A stretch of 58,276 bases of DNA, the filler included, from Callorhinchus milii (lineage: Eukaryota), in NCBI RefSeq assembly GCF_018977255.1. It is 2 parts of 2 records of this genome, joined end to end, with 100 filler letters (N's around TTAATTAATTAA, not from the genome) between each part and the next. Parts side by side here need not be neighbours in the genome. Positions count along the whole stretch, not along the records: positions 1 to 29,095 come from NW_024705657.1; positions 29,196 to 58,276 come from NW_024705658.1. One strand, given 5' to 3'. The position numbers and the translations under genes were made by a program. Positions 23,210 through 34,496 of this stretch are shown piece after piece. The first letter of the stretch is position 1. The number at the start of each line of letters is the position of its first letter. The notes beneath the pieces are model-generated. The model saw only the letters and a list, made by a program, of their open reading frames with translations, was not told the origin of the DNA and made no database searches.

Positions 23210-23576
23210 CTAAAACAAGAACGACACTCGCGTCTAACAGAGACGCAAAAAAATCCCGCTAATTTGACGACGAACACGTTTAAGAGTTTTTCCGCGAAAA
23301 TAGACACTTACTTGGAGATTCACGGTATATCGATGTCTGTAACCCGTCTGAAGATGTCGCCACGAACTCTCCCGACGCAAAGTCGCCTAACTGTCGACTC
23401 AGCAATTGTGCTCGCCAGGCTGCGTTGTCTCGCGGTTGAAGGGCGATCAGCAGAGCGACGAGTCGAGCGTCCAACCTCATCAAGTTCCCTCTCGAAATGG
23501 CATTGAGCTCTGCTTCTGAGCCGCCTTATAACTCCCCCCCTAGGATCCAATCCTTTGTCTTTCAGGATATTTGCAT
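23210..23576 (-). promoter_or_regulatory. ZF-B promoter, non-coding first exon and 102-nt 5'UTR intron
   Basis: Octamer 23569-23576, TTATAAGG 23524-23531, Inr A at ~23498, donor GTAAGT 23306-23311 and NAGNAG acceptor at 23210/23207. Confidence 0.55.
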
Positions 23577-25458
23577 TCGATTGTTAATTTTGGAAGGTAC
23601 AATCCGCATGTCTATTAACATACCGAAGAGTAATGTGCCCATTGTGCTTCATGCATGAATATGTAAGTGCATCTCAGTGTGTAATTGTGCGCTTATTTTG
23701 AATAAATGGAAAAACTTTGTCCTCGATTTAAAGTGAATGCAGAGAAATTAGCATGTAACTTTAGAAAAGGAAGAGAGCGGCCTTCTCGACGAGGGAGTGA
23801 AACCCAATAGGTAATATTATTTTACAGCGTTACAATGGATAGGTTGTAGTTCATAGGTTATACTATTATGTTTCACTATGTTAGAGCTTAACATGTGAGA
23901 GTATACAATATCAGAGTTGATCAAATGCGACGACCAAGGGCGTCAATCGGGTGAGTTTGATCAGAGGCTTTAATCAAAGGCGTCATCCCATCACGGAACA
24001 CCACCTCCCTGCGTTTATCACAGCAATAGAAATGTTTAAATACGTTTTTTAAATCATGTGTATTGTATAAATGTAATAATGTGTGATTGTGATTATACTC
24101 TATATGTATATCTATTCGATTCCATTGATACGACACATTCAGCCAACAGTGGACAGTGTGATTCTAATTCGACTCGTGGGATTCAAATGATTGTAATTCG
24201 ATTCTAATCCTGCATATCCTACCCCCGGTTCGAATATTAAATTAACATACGTACGACCACAGTTTGATTCTAATATGAGCACAGTGCGATTCTAATGCTT
24301 CTTATGCGATTATAATCCAACTATAACAGGCAATCGTATTTTGATCAAATGCGACGATCAAGAGCGTCAATCGGGTGCGTTTGATCAGAGTATTTGATCA
24401 AAGGCGTCATCCCATCACTGAACACCACCTCCCTGCGTATATAACAGCAACAGAAGCAACTACAGCAGAAACCACAACAGCAGCAGATTTCGAGGCGACG
24501 CAGCTACTTCCGATTCTGCTGTCCAGCTGTTTGTTGTCGGGACCTGCTCTCGCAGGACCCCACACGTCTTTGGAAATGATTGCGATGATCATGTCTGAGC
24601 TGAGAATTACGTCACTCAAGATTACTTTGTTTAGGCAGGTTAGTGTTATCGGGGCTCTGTGAATACTACTCATGAATGAAATCACACTCCTGTATGACCG
24701 ACATTGTACTAATTTTGGTTGATCGAGTAGAACAAGGCACGTGCCATGTCCAGACGAATTCTTATCAACAACAGTGTCCTTAAATATGATGCTAAAATAA
24801 ATCGTAACACTGGATTAAATGTGCACCTCTTAACCCCTCCCTCGCATTACGACTAACGATTTGCATTTGCACATAACATACATTCAAGCACAGTAAAAAG
24901 GCTAATACGGCCATATTGTTATTCTAAAACTTGAATGCGATTGTGCTCGCCAGGCTGCGTTGTCTCGCGGTTGAAGGGCGATCAGCAGAGCGACGAGTCG
25001 AGCGTCCAACCTCATCAAGTTTCCTCTCGAAATGGCATTGAGCTCTGCTTCTGAGCCGCCTTATAACTCCCCCCTAGGATCCAATCCTTTGTCTTTCAGG
25101 ATATTTGCATTCGATTGTTAATTTTGGAAGGCACAATCCGCATGTCTATTAACATACCGAAGAGTAATGTGCCCATTGTGCTTCATGCATGAATATGTAA
25201 GTGCATCTCAGTGTGTAATTGTGCGCTTATTTTGAATAAATGGAAAAGTTTCGTCCTCGATTTAAAGTGAATGCAGAGAAATTAGCATGTTACTTTAGAA
25301 AAGGAAGAGAGCGGCCTTCTCGACGAGGGAGTGAAACCCAATGGGTAATATTCTTTTACAACGTTACAATGGATAGGTTGTAGTTCATAGGTTATACTAT
25401 TATGTTTCACTATGTTAGAGCTTAACATGTGAGAGTATACAATATCAGAGTTGATCAA

Positions 25459-27375
25459 ATGCGAGCAGGCTACCTTGAGAGCGATCGCGAATGGGTTGCG
25501 TGTCTGGAAGAAGCCTCGCTCTTTCAGATGCCGTACCAGCTTCGTCAACTCTTCGCTACGATTCTGCTGTATTCCATGCCAGCAGATACGAAGGATCTCT
25601 GGGATAAATTCTACGACGAATTGGCTCGCGATTACGAGTACCAGTACCGCGAGCTGACCAACAAAGAACAAATGGTAAAGTTCAAGACCCTTCACAGCCT
25701 CCACGAGTTCCTCACGGCAGGTGGGATGGCTCTGTCGGACTTTGACGACCTCCCGCAGCTTTCCGAGTACCCACACTTGGTCTTGGACTCGCTGCTTGCG
25801 AAGAACCATATCCGCCGCGAAGTGGAAGGATATGATAGAAACGAGCTACAAGACATCGTAGAAGATGCTGACAGACTCAACACGAACCAGACAGAAATCT
25901 ACGACGAAATTGTTGGCTCAGTCGAAGACAGTCAACCCGATCAAAAGCTGTTCTTCATCGATGGTCCGGGCGGCACGGGGAAGTCCACGCTGCTCAACCA
26001 TGTGCTGGCGAAGATACGTCTTCAAGGCAAGATTGCGATTACTGTTGCTTCCAGCGGCATTGCCTCGCTGCTGCTTCCAGGCGGCCGTACCGCACATTCC
26101 ACGTTCAAGATCCCGTTGAAACCGACGAACATATCCACATGCTTCATTCGAAAACAGTCCAAGCTCAAAGCATTTATCAAGGAGGCAAGTCTTATCGTTT
26201 GGGATGAAGCCCCAATGACGCACCGGTTTGCGTTTGAAGCGGTGGATCGCACGCTTCGCGATATTTTGGACAATCTGCATGAACCGTTTGGAGGCAAAGT
26301 GGTTGTCCTGTCCGGTGACTTTCGACAGATTCTTCCAGTTGTCAAGAAAGGAACACCAGCTGATACTGTGGATGCGTGTTTCAAGTCGTCCGACCTGTGG
26401 TCCCACTTCAAGCAAGTTCATCTGACTGTGAAGATGAGAGTCCAGTGTGCAGAGAACCAAGAATCAGCCGCAGAACTTGCTGCCTTTTCAGATTTTCTTT
26501 TGGAAGTCGGAGAGGGTAGGCATGAAGTTGATCCAGACCTCGGTCCGGATTGCATCAAGATTCCGCGTGCCATGGTGATCGACAATCCTCAATACGACCC
26601 AGACATCGACGGAGATGAGGACGGCAGTCATCTGCCCGTTCCACTCGGGTTGAAGAGGATTGTCGATGCCATGTACAGTGCAGATGAATTGAATTACCCT
26701 ACGGTGGCAACGAACGACTACTTCGCTCGCCGCACTATTCTGACGCCGACCAACGCCGCTGTGCAGCGAGTGAATGAGGCTGTCGCGGATCGCCTCAGAG
26801 AAGCTCCACAAGTGTACCTGTCTACAGATTTGGTTGAGGACGACGAGAGAGCAGGGTCAGCATTCTTTGAGACAGAGCTCCTTAACTCGGTGAACATCAA
26901 CGGGGTTCCGCCACACAAGTTGATCCTCAAGAAAGGCATCCCAGTGATGATGATGCGCAACTTGAACCCGGACGCTGGCCTGTGCAACGGAACACGGCTT
27001 CGCATCGTGGAAATGAAGCCACACGCCATTCGCGCGACTATCATGACAGGAACCCATAACGGTAAGGAGGTGTTGATCCCTCGGATCATCTTCATCAGCG
27101 ACGACGACACGAAGGACTTCCCATTTCGACTTCGGCGCAAACAGTTCCCCATTGTCCCAGCCTTCGCGATGACCATCAACAAGGCGCAAGGGCAAACTGT
27201 TCACAACCTGGGATTATATCTACCAACGCCATGTTTCTCGCACGGCCAACTGTACGTGGCACTATCGCGAGTCACGGCAAGATCCAACATCAAGGCGCTT
27301 ATTGAGGGACCTGACGACGAGGAGGAAGACGGAGTGTACACGAAGAATATCGTGTATCGCCAGATATTTCAATAA
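25459..27375 (+). CDS. Helitron-derived PIF1-family (SF1B) DNA helicase, intact, 638 aa from the first ATG, no Rep/HUH domain
   Basis: Walker A GPGGTGKS, GGRTAHSTF, WDEAPM, GDFRQILPV, PIF1 signature KLILKKGIPVMMMRNL..GLCNGTRL, FAMTINKAQGQT, HGQLYVALSRV, and the Helitron-type C-terminus TKNIVYRQIF. Intronless. Confidence 0.95.
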   Translation: MRAGYLESDREWVACLEEASLFQMPYQLRQLFATILLYSMPADTKDLWDKFYDELARDYEYQYRELTNKEQMVKFKTLHSLHEFLTAGGMALSDFDDLPQLSEYPHLVLDSLLAKNHIRREVEGYDRNELQDIVEDADRLNTNQTEIYDEIVGSVEDSQPDQKLFFIDGPGGTGKSTLLNHVLAKIRLQGKIAITVASSGIASLLLPGGRTAHSTFKIPLKPTNISTCFIRKQSKLKAFIKEASLIVWDEAPMTHRFAFEAVDRTLRDILDNLHEPFGGKVVVLSGDFRQILPVVKKGTPADTVDACFKSSDLWSHFKQVHLTVKMRVQCAENQESAAELAAFSDFLLEVGEGRHEVDPDLGPDCIKIPRAMVIDNPQYDPDIDGDEDGSHLPVPLGLKRIVDAMYSADELNYPTVATNDYFARRTILTPTNAAVQRVNEAVADRLREAPQVYLSTDLVEDDERAGSAFFETELLNSVNINGVPPHKLILKKGIPVMMMRNLNPDAGLCNGTRLRIVEMKPHAIRATIMTGTHNGKEVLIPRIIFISDDDTKDFPFRLRRKQFPIVPAFAMTINKAQGQTVHNLGLYLPTPCFSHGQLYVALSRVTARSNIKALIEGPDDEEEDGVYTKNIVYRQIFQ

Positions 27376-27564
27376 GTTGCATTCTATATTTGAATAAGTT
27401 GCATTCTTTAATATTGTCGATTGAGCGTCTCATAAAAATTCATATAACCTCACAAAAATAAACATAAAACAATCCCCAAAACATGTCTATTGTGTCCAGC
27501 CACTTTCAACTCCCCACCAACCAAGTATATACACACCGCCCGCGAAGCGGGCGGCGACTGCTAG
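25465..27564 (+). mobile_element. 5'-truncated Helitron, copy 2
   Basis: Hairpin 27536-27554, CTAG 27561-27564, followed by T. Confidence 0.92.
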
Positions 27565-28332
27565 TCGTGTATAGTATAACAGTTTACATTTTATAGAGTA
27601 CAGTTTATCCCCGACATACTTCGGGATTTGGGACTGGTACGTTGATGAAGATTAACTACGGGGACCTTTCCCCTCAAGGAACACGTGTTAACGGGTAGAC
27701 AGCCAAGATGCTGCCGGTTAAGGCACACTTGTGTGACGGAGATCCTCCACCTGAAATTCTCTCATATTTTTGCTAGGAACATTATAAAATAAAGACCGGA
27801 CAAACATTTGTTAAAAATACTTTTTATTAATCTGCAATCATTTTTATGTCAAAACTCGAAGGAAATATGTATTATGTCCTATGTTCACACATTTCCAGTA
27901 GGATGCAAACCATTTCCGTTCCAGGAATACCAAAGCATTTCCTTATTAGTTCACCAAATTTGTTAACTGTGCGTCTATGTTGAAGTCAAGGCCATATATC
28001 AACGAACGCGTCATCAATGTACATCCTGAAATCGGCTATCTAAAGTCGATGTTTTTATACTTGAAAACTGAAACGTTAAAATGTTGAGTAAAGATGTACC
28101 TACAGACGCATTCCAACTTCAGCTCAACAGGAACACTTAACGACTACAATTGAACAGTCTCACAACCAGTGTTCATCACACCACTTCTGCAAGTAATCCG
28201 ATAACATTACAAACCACCACTGTGCACGCCAATAAACTCTCACAAAAACTGTAAAACTAAAATGGTCAAAATTACACACAAAAGTTATCGATACGGCTTA
28301 ATAGATATAACCACATGATGTAATTTTTTCAG

Positions 28333-29011
28333 TCACCCCGAGCTCTCTGGTTGACTGTCGAGCCACTCCATTACATCCAGCCATCTCTCGGGATCCAACT
28401 GCATGGATCGAAGGTGGAAACTTCTTCAGGACTCATTGCAGCACCTGAATTTCAGCTTTTGATTTCAGTTTCCATTCATTGTGGACCTTCTGATGCCTGT
28501 TCATGTTGATGAGTGTGCAAATGCCTCCCCACACACAGGGCAACAAGAATGGCTTCTCGCCCGTGTGTGTTCTCTGGTGACGCTGAAGATGTGATGAGTG
28601 TGCAAATGTCTTCCCACACACAGGCACAGGAATGGCTTCTCGCCCGTGTGTGTTCTCTGATGACTCTGAAATGTGATGAGTTGCAAATGTCTTCCCACAC
28701 ACAGGCACGGAATGGCTTCTCGCCCGTGTGTGTTCTCTGGTGAGTTTGAAATTTGATACCTGTGCAAATGTCTTCCCACACACAGGGCACAGGAATGGCT
28801 TCTCGCCCGTGTGTGTTCTCTGATGACTCTGAAGATGTGATGAGGTGCAAATGTTTTCCCACACACAGAGCACAGGAATGGCTTCTCACCCGTGGTGTTC
28901 TCTGGTGTCTCTTAAGACTTGATGACCATGAAAATGCCTTCCCACAGACAGAGCAATTGAATGTTCCTTGCCCCCGTGTGCGTGGGGCTGTGGAGAGCGT
29001 CTCTGCTCCAT
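28333..29011 (-). CDS. C2H2 zinc-finger gene ZF-C, same finger set as ZF-B, with many 1-nt indels (likely low-quality contig end)
   Basis: Matches ZF-B apart from scattered single-base losses, which also affect the flanking non-coding DNA near the gap. Confidence 0.75.
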
Positions 29012-29095
29012 GTGAGCGTAGTAACAGTAGCGGTGTTATCGAGTCAAAAGTACGCTATCGGCCGCAAGGATGTTTAGCGTGAGTTTTGGATTTTG

Positions 29096-29195
29096 NNNNN
29101 NNNNNNNNNNNNNNNNNNNNNNNNNNNNNNNNNNNNNNNTTAATTAATTAANNNNNNNNNNNNNNNNNNNNNNNNNNNNNNNNNNNNNNNNNNNN
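29096..29195. other. Artificial contig joiner: 44 N + TTAATTAATTAA + 44 N
   Basis: Exactly 100 bp and symmetric; the palindromic core places stop codons in all six frames. Confidence 0.95.
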
Positions 29196-32100
29196 GTGTC
29201 TGCGCAGATTGTTGTTTGCGCAAGGGATTGTTTACGCCAGGGATTGTTTGCGCAAGTGATTGTTTGCGCACGACAGTGTTTGCGCATGGCAGTGTTTGCG
29301 CACGGCAGTGTTTGCGCACGGTGTGTTTGCGCAAGGCAGTGTTTGCGCTAGGCAGTGTTTGCTCAAGGGAGTGTTTGCGCAAGCCAGTGTTTGCGCAAGG
29401 CAGTGTTTCAGCAAGAGATTTTTGCTCAAGGATGTGTGTGTGCAAAGCATTGTTTGCGGATGCCAGTGTTTGCGCAATGCTGTGTTTGCGCAAGGATGTG
29501 ATTGTACCAGGCAGTGTTTGCACCAGGCAGTGTTTGCGCCAGGCAGTGTTTGCTCCAGGCAGTGTTTGCGCAAGATTGTGTTTGCGCAAGGTTGTGTTTG
29601 CGCATAGGTGTATTTGCGCAAGGCTGTGTTTGCGCAAGGCTGTGTTTGCGCCAGGCAGTGTTTGCGCCAGGCAGTGTTTGGGCCAGGCAGTGTTTGCGCC
29701 AGGCAGTGTTTGGGCCAGGCAGTGTTTGCGCCAGGCAGTGTTTGCGCAAGGTTGTGTTTGCGCACAGTTGTCTTTGCGCAGGGCATTGTTTGCGCAAAGG
29801 TGTGTTTGCGCAAGGCTTTGTTTGTGCAACGCTGTGTTTGTGCACGCTGTTTTTTTGCACAGTGTGTTTGCGCAAGGCAGTGTTTGAGCAATGGAGTGTT
29901 TGCGGAAGGCAGTGTTTGCGCAAGGCAGTGTTTGAGCAATGGAGTGTTTGCGCAAGGTTGTGTTTGCGCAAGATTGTGTTTGCGCAAGGGATTGTTTGCG
30001 CAAGGGATTGTTTGCGCAAGGGATTGTTTGCGCACGGCAGTGTTTGCGCACGGCGGTGTTTGCGCACGGCGGTGTTTGCGCACGGCTGTGTTTGCGCACG
30101 GCTGTGTTTGCTCAAGGGAGTGTTTGCGCAAGCCAGTGTTTGCGCAAGGCAGTGTTTGAGCAAGAGATTTTTGCTCAAGGATGTGTGTGTGCAAAGCATT
30201 GTTTGCGGAAGCCAGTGTTTGCGCAATGCTGTGTTTGTGCAAGGATGTGATTGCGCCAGGCAGTGTTTGCACCAGGCAGTGTTTGCGCCAGGCAGTGTTT
30301 GCTCCAGGCAGTGTTTGCGCAAGATTGTGTTTGCGCAAGGTTGTGTTTGCGCATAGGTGTGTTTGCGCAAGGCTGTGTTTGCGCAAGGCAGTGTTTGAGC
30401 AATGGAGTGTTTGCGCAAAGTTGTGTCTGCGCAAGATTGTGTTTGCGCAAGGGATTGTTTACGCCAGGGATTGTTTGCGCAAGTGATTGTTTGCGCACGA
30501 CAGTGTTTGCGCATGGCAGTGTTTGCGCACGGCAGTGTTTGCGCACGGTGTGTTTGCGCAAGGCAGTGTTTGCGCTAGGCAGTGTTTGCTCAAGGGAGTG
30601 TTTGCGCAAGCCAGTGTTTGCACAAGGCAGTGTTTCAGCAAGAGATTTTTGCTCAAGGATGTGTGTGTGCAAAGCATTGTTTGCGGATGCCAGTGTTTGC
30701 GCAATGCTGTGTTTGCGCAAGGATGTGATTGTACCAGGCAGTGTTTGCACCAGGCAGTGTTTGCGCCAGGCAGTGTTTGCTCCAGGCAGTGTTTGCGCAA
30801 GATTGTGTTTGCGCAAGGTTGTGTTTGCGCATAGGTGTGTTTGCGCAAGGCTGTGTTTGCGCAAGGCTGTGTTTGCGCCAGGCAGTGTTTGCACCAGGCA
30901 GTGTTTGCGCAAGTTGTGTTTGCGCACAGTTGTCTTTGCGCAAGGGCATTGTTTGCGCAAAGGTGTGTTTTGCGCAAGCGCTTTGTTTGTGCAACGCTGT
31001 GTTTGTGCACGCTGTTTTTTTGCACAGTGTGTTTGCGCAAGGCAGTGTTTGAGCAATGGAGTGTTTGCGGAAGGCAGTGTTTGCGCAAGGCAGTGTTTGA
31101 GCAATGGAGTGTTTGCGCAAGGTTGTGTTTGCGCAAGATTGTGTTTGCGCAAGGGATTGTTTGCGCAAGGGATTGTTTGCGCAAGGGATTGTTTGCGCAC
31201 GGCAGTGTTTGCGCACGGCGGTGTTTGCGCACGGCGGTGTTTGCGCACGGCTGTGTTTGCGCACGGCTGTGTTTGCGCACTGTGGTGTTTGCGCACGGCG
31301 GTGTTTGCGCACGGTGGTGTTTGCGCATGGCGGTATTTGCGCACGGAGGTGTTTGCGCACGGCGGTGTTTGCGCACGGCGTTGTTTGCGCACGGCGGTGT
31401 TTGCGCAAAGGTGTGTTTGCTCAAGGTTGTGTTTGCTCACGGAGTGTTTGCTCAAAGGTGTGTTTGCGCAGGGCACTGTTTGCGTAAGGCTGTGTTTGTG
31501 CCAGGCCGTGTTTGCGCAAGGCTGTGTTTGCGCCAGGCAGTGTTTGCACCACGCAGTGTTTGCGCCAGGCAGTGTTTGCGCAAGGTTGTGTTTGCGCAAA
31601 GTTGTGTTTGCGCAAAGGTGTGTTTGCGCAAGGCTGTGTTTCCGCAAGGCTGTGTTTGCGGAAGGCAGTGTTTGCGCAAGGCAGTATTTGAGCAATGGAG
31701 TTTTTGCGCAAGATTGTGTGTGCGCAAGGGATTGTTTGCGCAAGGGATTGTTTGCGCAAGGGATTGTTTGCGCACGGCGGTGTTTGCGCACGGTGGTGTT
31801 TGCGCACGCCGGTGTTTGCGCACGCCGGTGTTTGCGTACGGCGTTGTTTGCGCACGGCGGTGTTTGCGCATGGCGGTGTTTGCGCACGGCGGTGTTTGCG
31901 CATGGCGGTGTTTGCGCACGGCGGAGTTTGCGCACGGCGGTATTTGCGCACCGAGGTGTTTGCGCAGTGCGGTGTTTGCGCAGGGCGGTGTTTGCGCAGG
32001 GCAGTGTTTGCGCAGGGCAGTGTTTGCGCAAAGGTTGTGTTTGCTCACGGTGTGTTTGCGCAAAGGTGTGTTTGCGCAGGGCATTGTTTGCGCAAGGCTG

Positions 32101-34282
32101 TGTTTGCGCAAGGTTGTGTTTGCGCAAGGTTGTGTTTGCGCATAGGTGTGTTTGCGCCAGGCAATGTTTGTGCCAGGCAGTGTTTGCCCCAGGCAGTGTT
32201 TGCGCCAGGCAGTGTTTGCGCCAGGCAGTGTTTGCGCAATGTTGTGTTTGCGCAAGGCTTTGTTTGTGCAATGCTGTGTTTGTGCAATGCTGTGTTTGTG
32301 CACGCTGTTTTTTTGCACGGTGTGTTTGCGCAAGGCAGTGTTTGCGCAAGGCAGTGTTTGCGCACGGCAGCGTTTGCGCAAGGCAGCGTTTGCGCAAGGC
32401 AGTATTTGCGCACGGCTGTGTTTGCTCACGGCTGTGTTTGCGCACGGCTGTGTTTGCGCAAGGGATTGTTTGCGCAAGGGATTGTTTGCGCAAGGGATTG
32501 TTTGCGCACGGCAGTGTTTGCGCACGGCGGTGTTTGCGCACGGCTGTGTTTGCGCACGGCTGTGTTTGCGCACTGTGGTGTTTGCGCACGGTGGTGTTTG
32601 CGCACGGTGGTGTTTGCGCATGGCGGTATTTGCGCACGGAGGTGTTTGCGCACGGCGTTGTTTGCGCACGGCGGTGTTTGCGCACGGCGGTGTTTGCGCA
32701 CGGCAGTGTTTGCGCAAAGGTGTGTTTGCTCAAGGTTGTGTTTGCTCACGGAGTGTTTGCTCAAAGGTGTGTTTGCGCAGGGCACTGTTTGCGTAAGGCT
32801 GTGTTTGTGCCAGGCTGTGTTTGCGCAAGGCTGTGTTTGCGCCAGGCAGTGTTTGCACCACGCAGTGTTTGCGCCAGGCAGTGTTTGCGCAAGGTTGTGT
32901 TTGCGCAAAGTTGTGTTTGCGCAAAGGTGTGTTTGCGCAAGGCTGTGTTTCCGCAAGGCTGTGTTTGCGGAAGGCAGTGTTTGCGCAAGGCAGTATTTGA
33001 GCAATGGAGTGTTTGCGCAAGATTGTGTTTGCGCAAGGGATTGTTTGCGCAAGGGATTGTTTGCGCAAGGGATTGTTTGCGCACGGCGGTGTTTGCGCAC
33101 GGTGGTGTTTGCGCACGCCGGTGTTTGCGCACGCCGGTGTTTGCGTACGGCGTTGTTTGCGCACGGCGGTGTTTGCGCATGGCGGTGTTTGCGCACGGCG
33201 GTGTTTGCGCATGGCGGTGTTTGCGCACGGCGGTTTTTGCGCACGGCGGTATTTGCGCACCGAGGTGTTTGCGCAGGGCGGTGTTTGCGCAGGGCGGTGT
33301 TTGCGCAGGGCAGTGTTTGCGCAAAGGTGTGTTTGCTCAAGGTTGTGTTTGCTCACGGTGTGTTTGCGCAAAGGTGTGTTTGCGCAGGGCATTGTTTGCG
33401 CAAGGCTGTGTTTGCGCAAGGTTGTGTTTGCGCAAGGTTGTGTTTGCGCATAGGTGTGTTTGCGCCAGGCAGTGTTTGTGCCAGGCAGTGTTTGCCCCAG
33501 GCAGTGTTTGCGCCAGGCAGTGTTTGCGCCAGGCAGTGTTTGCGCAATGTTGTGTTTGCGCAAGGCTTTGTTTGTGCAATGCTGTGTTTGTGCAATGCTG
33601 TGTTTGTGCACGCTGTTTTTTTGCACGGTGTGTTTGCGCAAGGCAGTGTTTGCGCAAGGCAGTGTTTGCGCACGGCAGCGTTTGCGCAAGGCAGCGTTTG
33701 CGCAAGGCAGTATTTGCGCACGGCTGTGTTTGCGCACGGCTGTGTTTGCGCACGGCTGTGTTTGCGCACGGCTGTGTTTGCGCAAGGTTGTGTTTTTCTC
33801 AAGGTTGTGTTTGCGCCAGGCAGTGTTAGCTCAAGGCCGTGTTTGTGCAAGGAGTTTTTGCGCAAAGTTGTGTTTGTGCACGGTGTGTTTCCGCAGGGCA
33901 TTGTTTGCGCAGTGCATTGTTTGCACAGGGTATTGTTTGCGCAAGGCAGTGTTTCCACAAGGCAGTGTTTGCGTAAGGCAGTGTTTGCACACGGCTGTGT
34001 TTGCGCAAGGCAGTGTTTGCTCAAGGGAGTGTTTGCGCAAGCCAGTGTTTGCGCAGCGCAATGTTTGAGCAAGAGATTTTTGCTCAAGGATGTGTGTGCG
34101 CAAAGCATTGTTTGCGGAAGCCAGTGTTTGCGCAATGCTGTGTTTGGGCAAGGATGTGATTGCGCAGGCAGTGTTTGCGCAAGGCAGTGTTTGCGCACGG
34201 CAATGTCTGCGCAAGGCCGTGTTTGTGCACGGTGTGTTTCCGCAGGGCATTGTTTGCGCAGGGCATTGTTTGCGCAGGGCAT

Positions 34283-34496
34283 AATCCCTCAAAAAAAAAA
34301 AAAATACAATAATAAAAAAAATTGGTCATTTTCAATCTACGACTGTTTGTGGGACATTGCTGTGCGCAATTGGCTACCGCGTTCACCCACAAATATACAG
34401 TCAATTCACTTTACATTGTGTTCTGTGAAGCGCTTTGGGACGTCCTCCAGACGTGAAAAGCGCTATGTCAAATGCAAGGATTATTATTATTATTAT
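34283..34496 (+). mobile_element. 5'-truncated SINE fragment (DeuSINE-like 3' part with LINE-derived tail and (ATT)n), copy 1
   Basis: tttgtgggacattgctgtgcgcaattggct.ccgcgtt...gtgaagcgctttgggacgtcc...gtgaaaagcgctat.tcaaatgcaag + (ATT)n. It resembles Deu-domain SINE 3' ends as I recall them. Confidence 0.75.

Noticed and set aside
23280..23550. ORFs MDPRGGVIRR... and MMRLDARLV... upstream of the ZF genes as coding exons
   Set aside because: They overlap the predicted promoter and 5'UTR, differ by indels between copies, and an in-frame TAA lies 9 codons before the ZF ATG. At most they are uORFs.
19375..27204. Antisense and alternate-frame ORFs over the helicase and ZF genes
   Set aside because: Shadow ORFs of real coding sequence.
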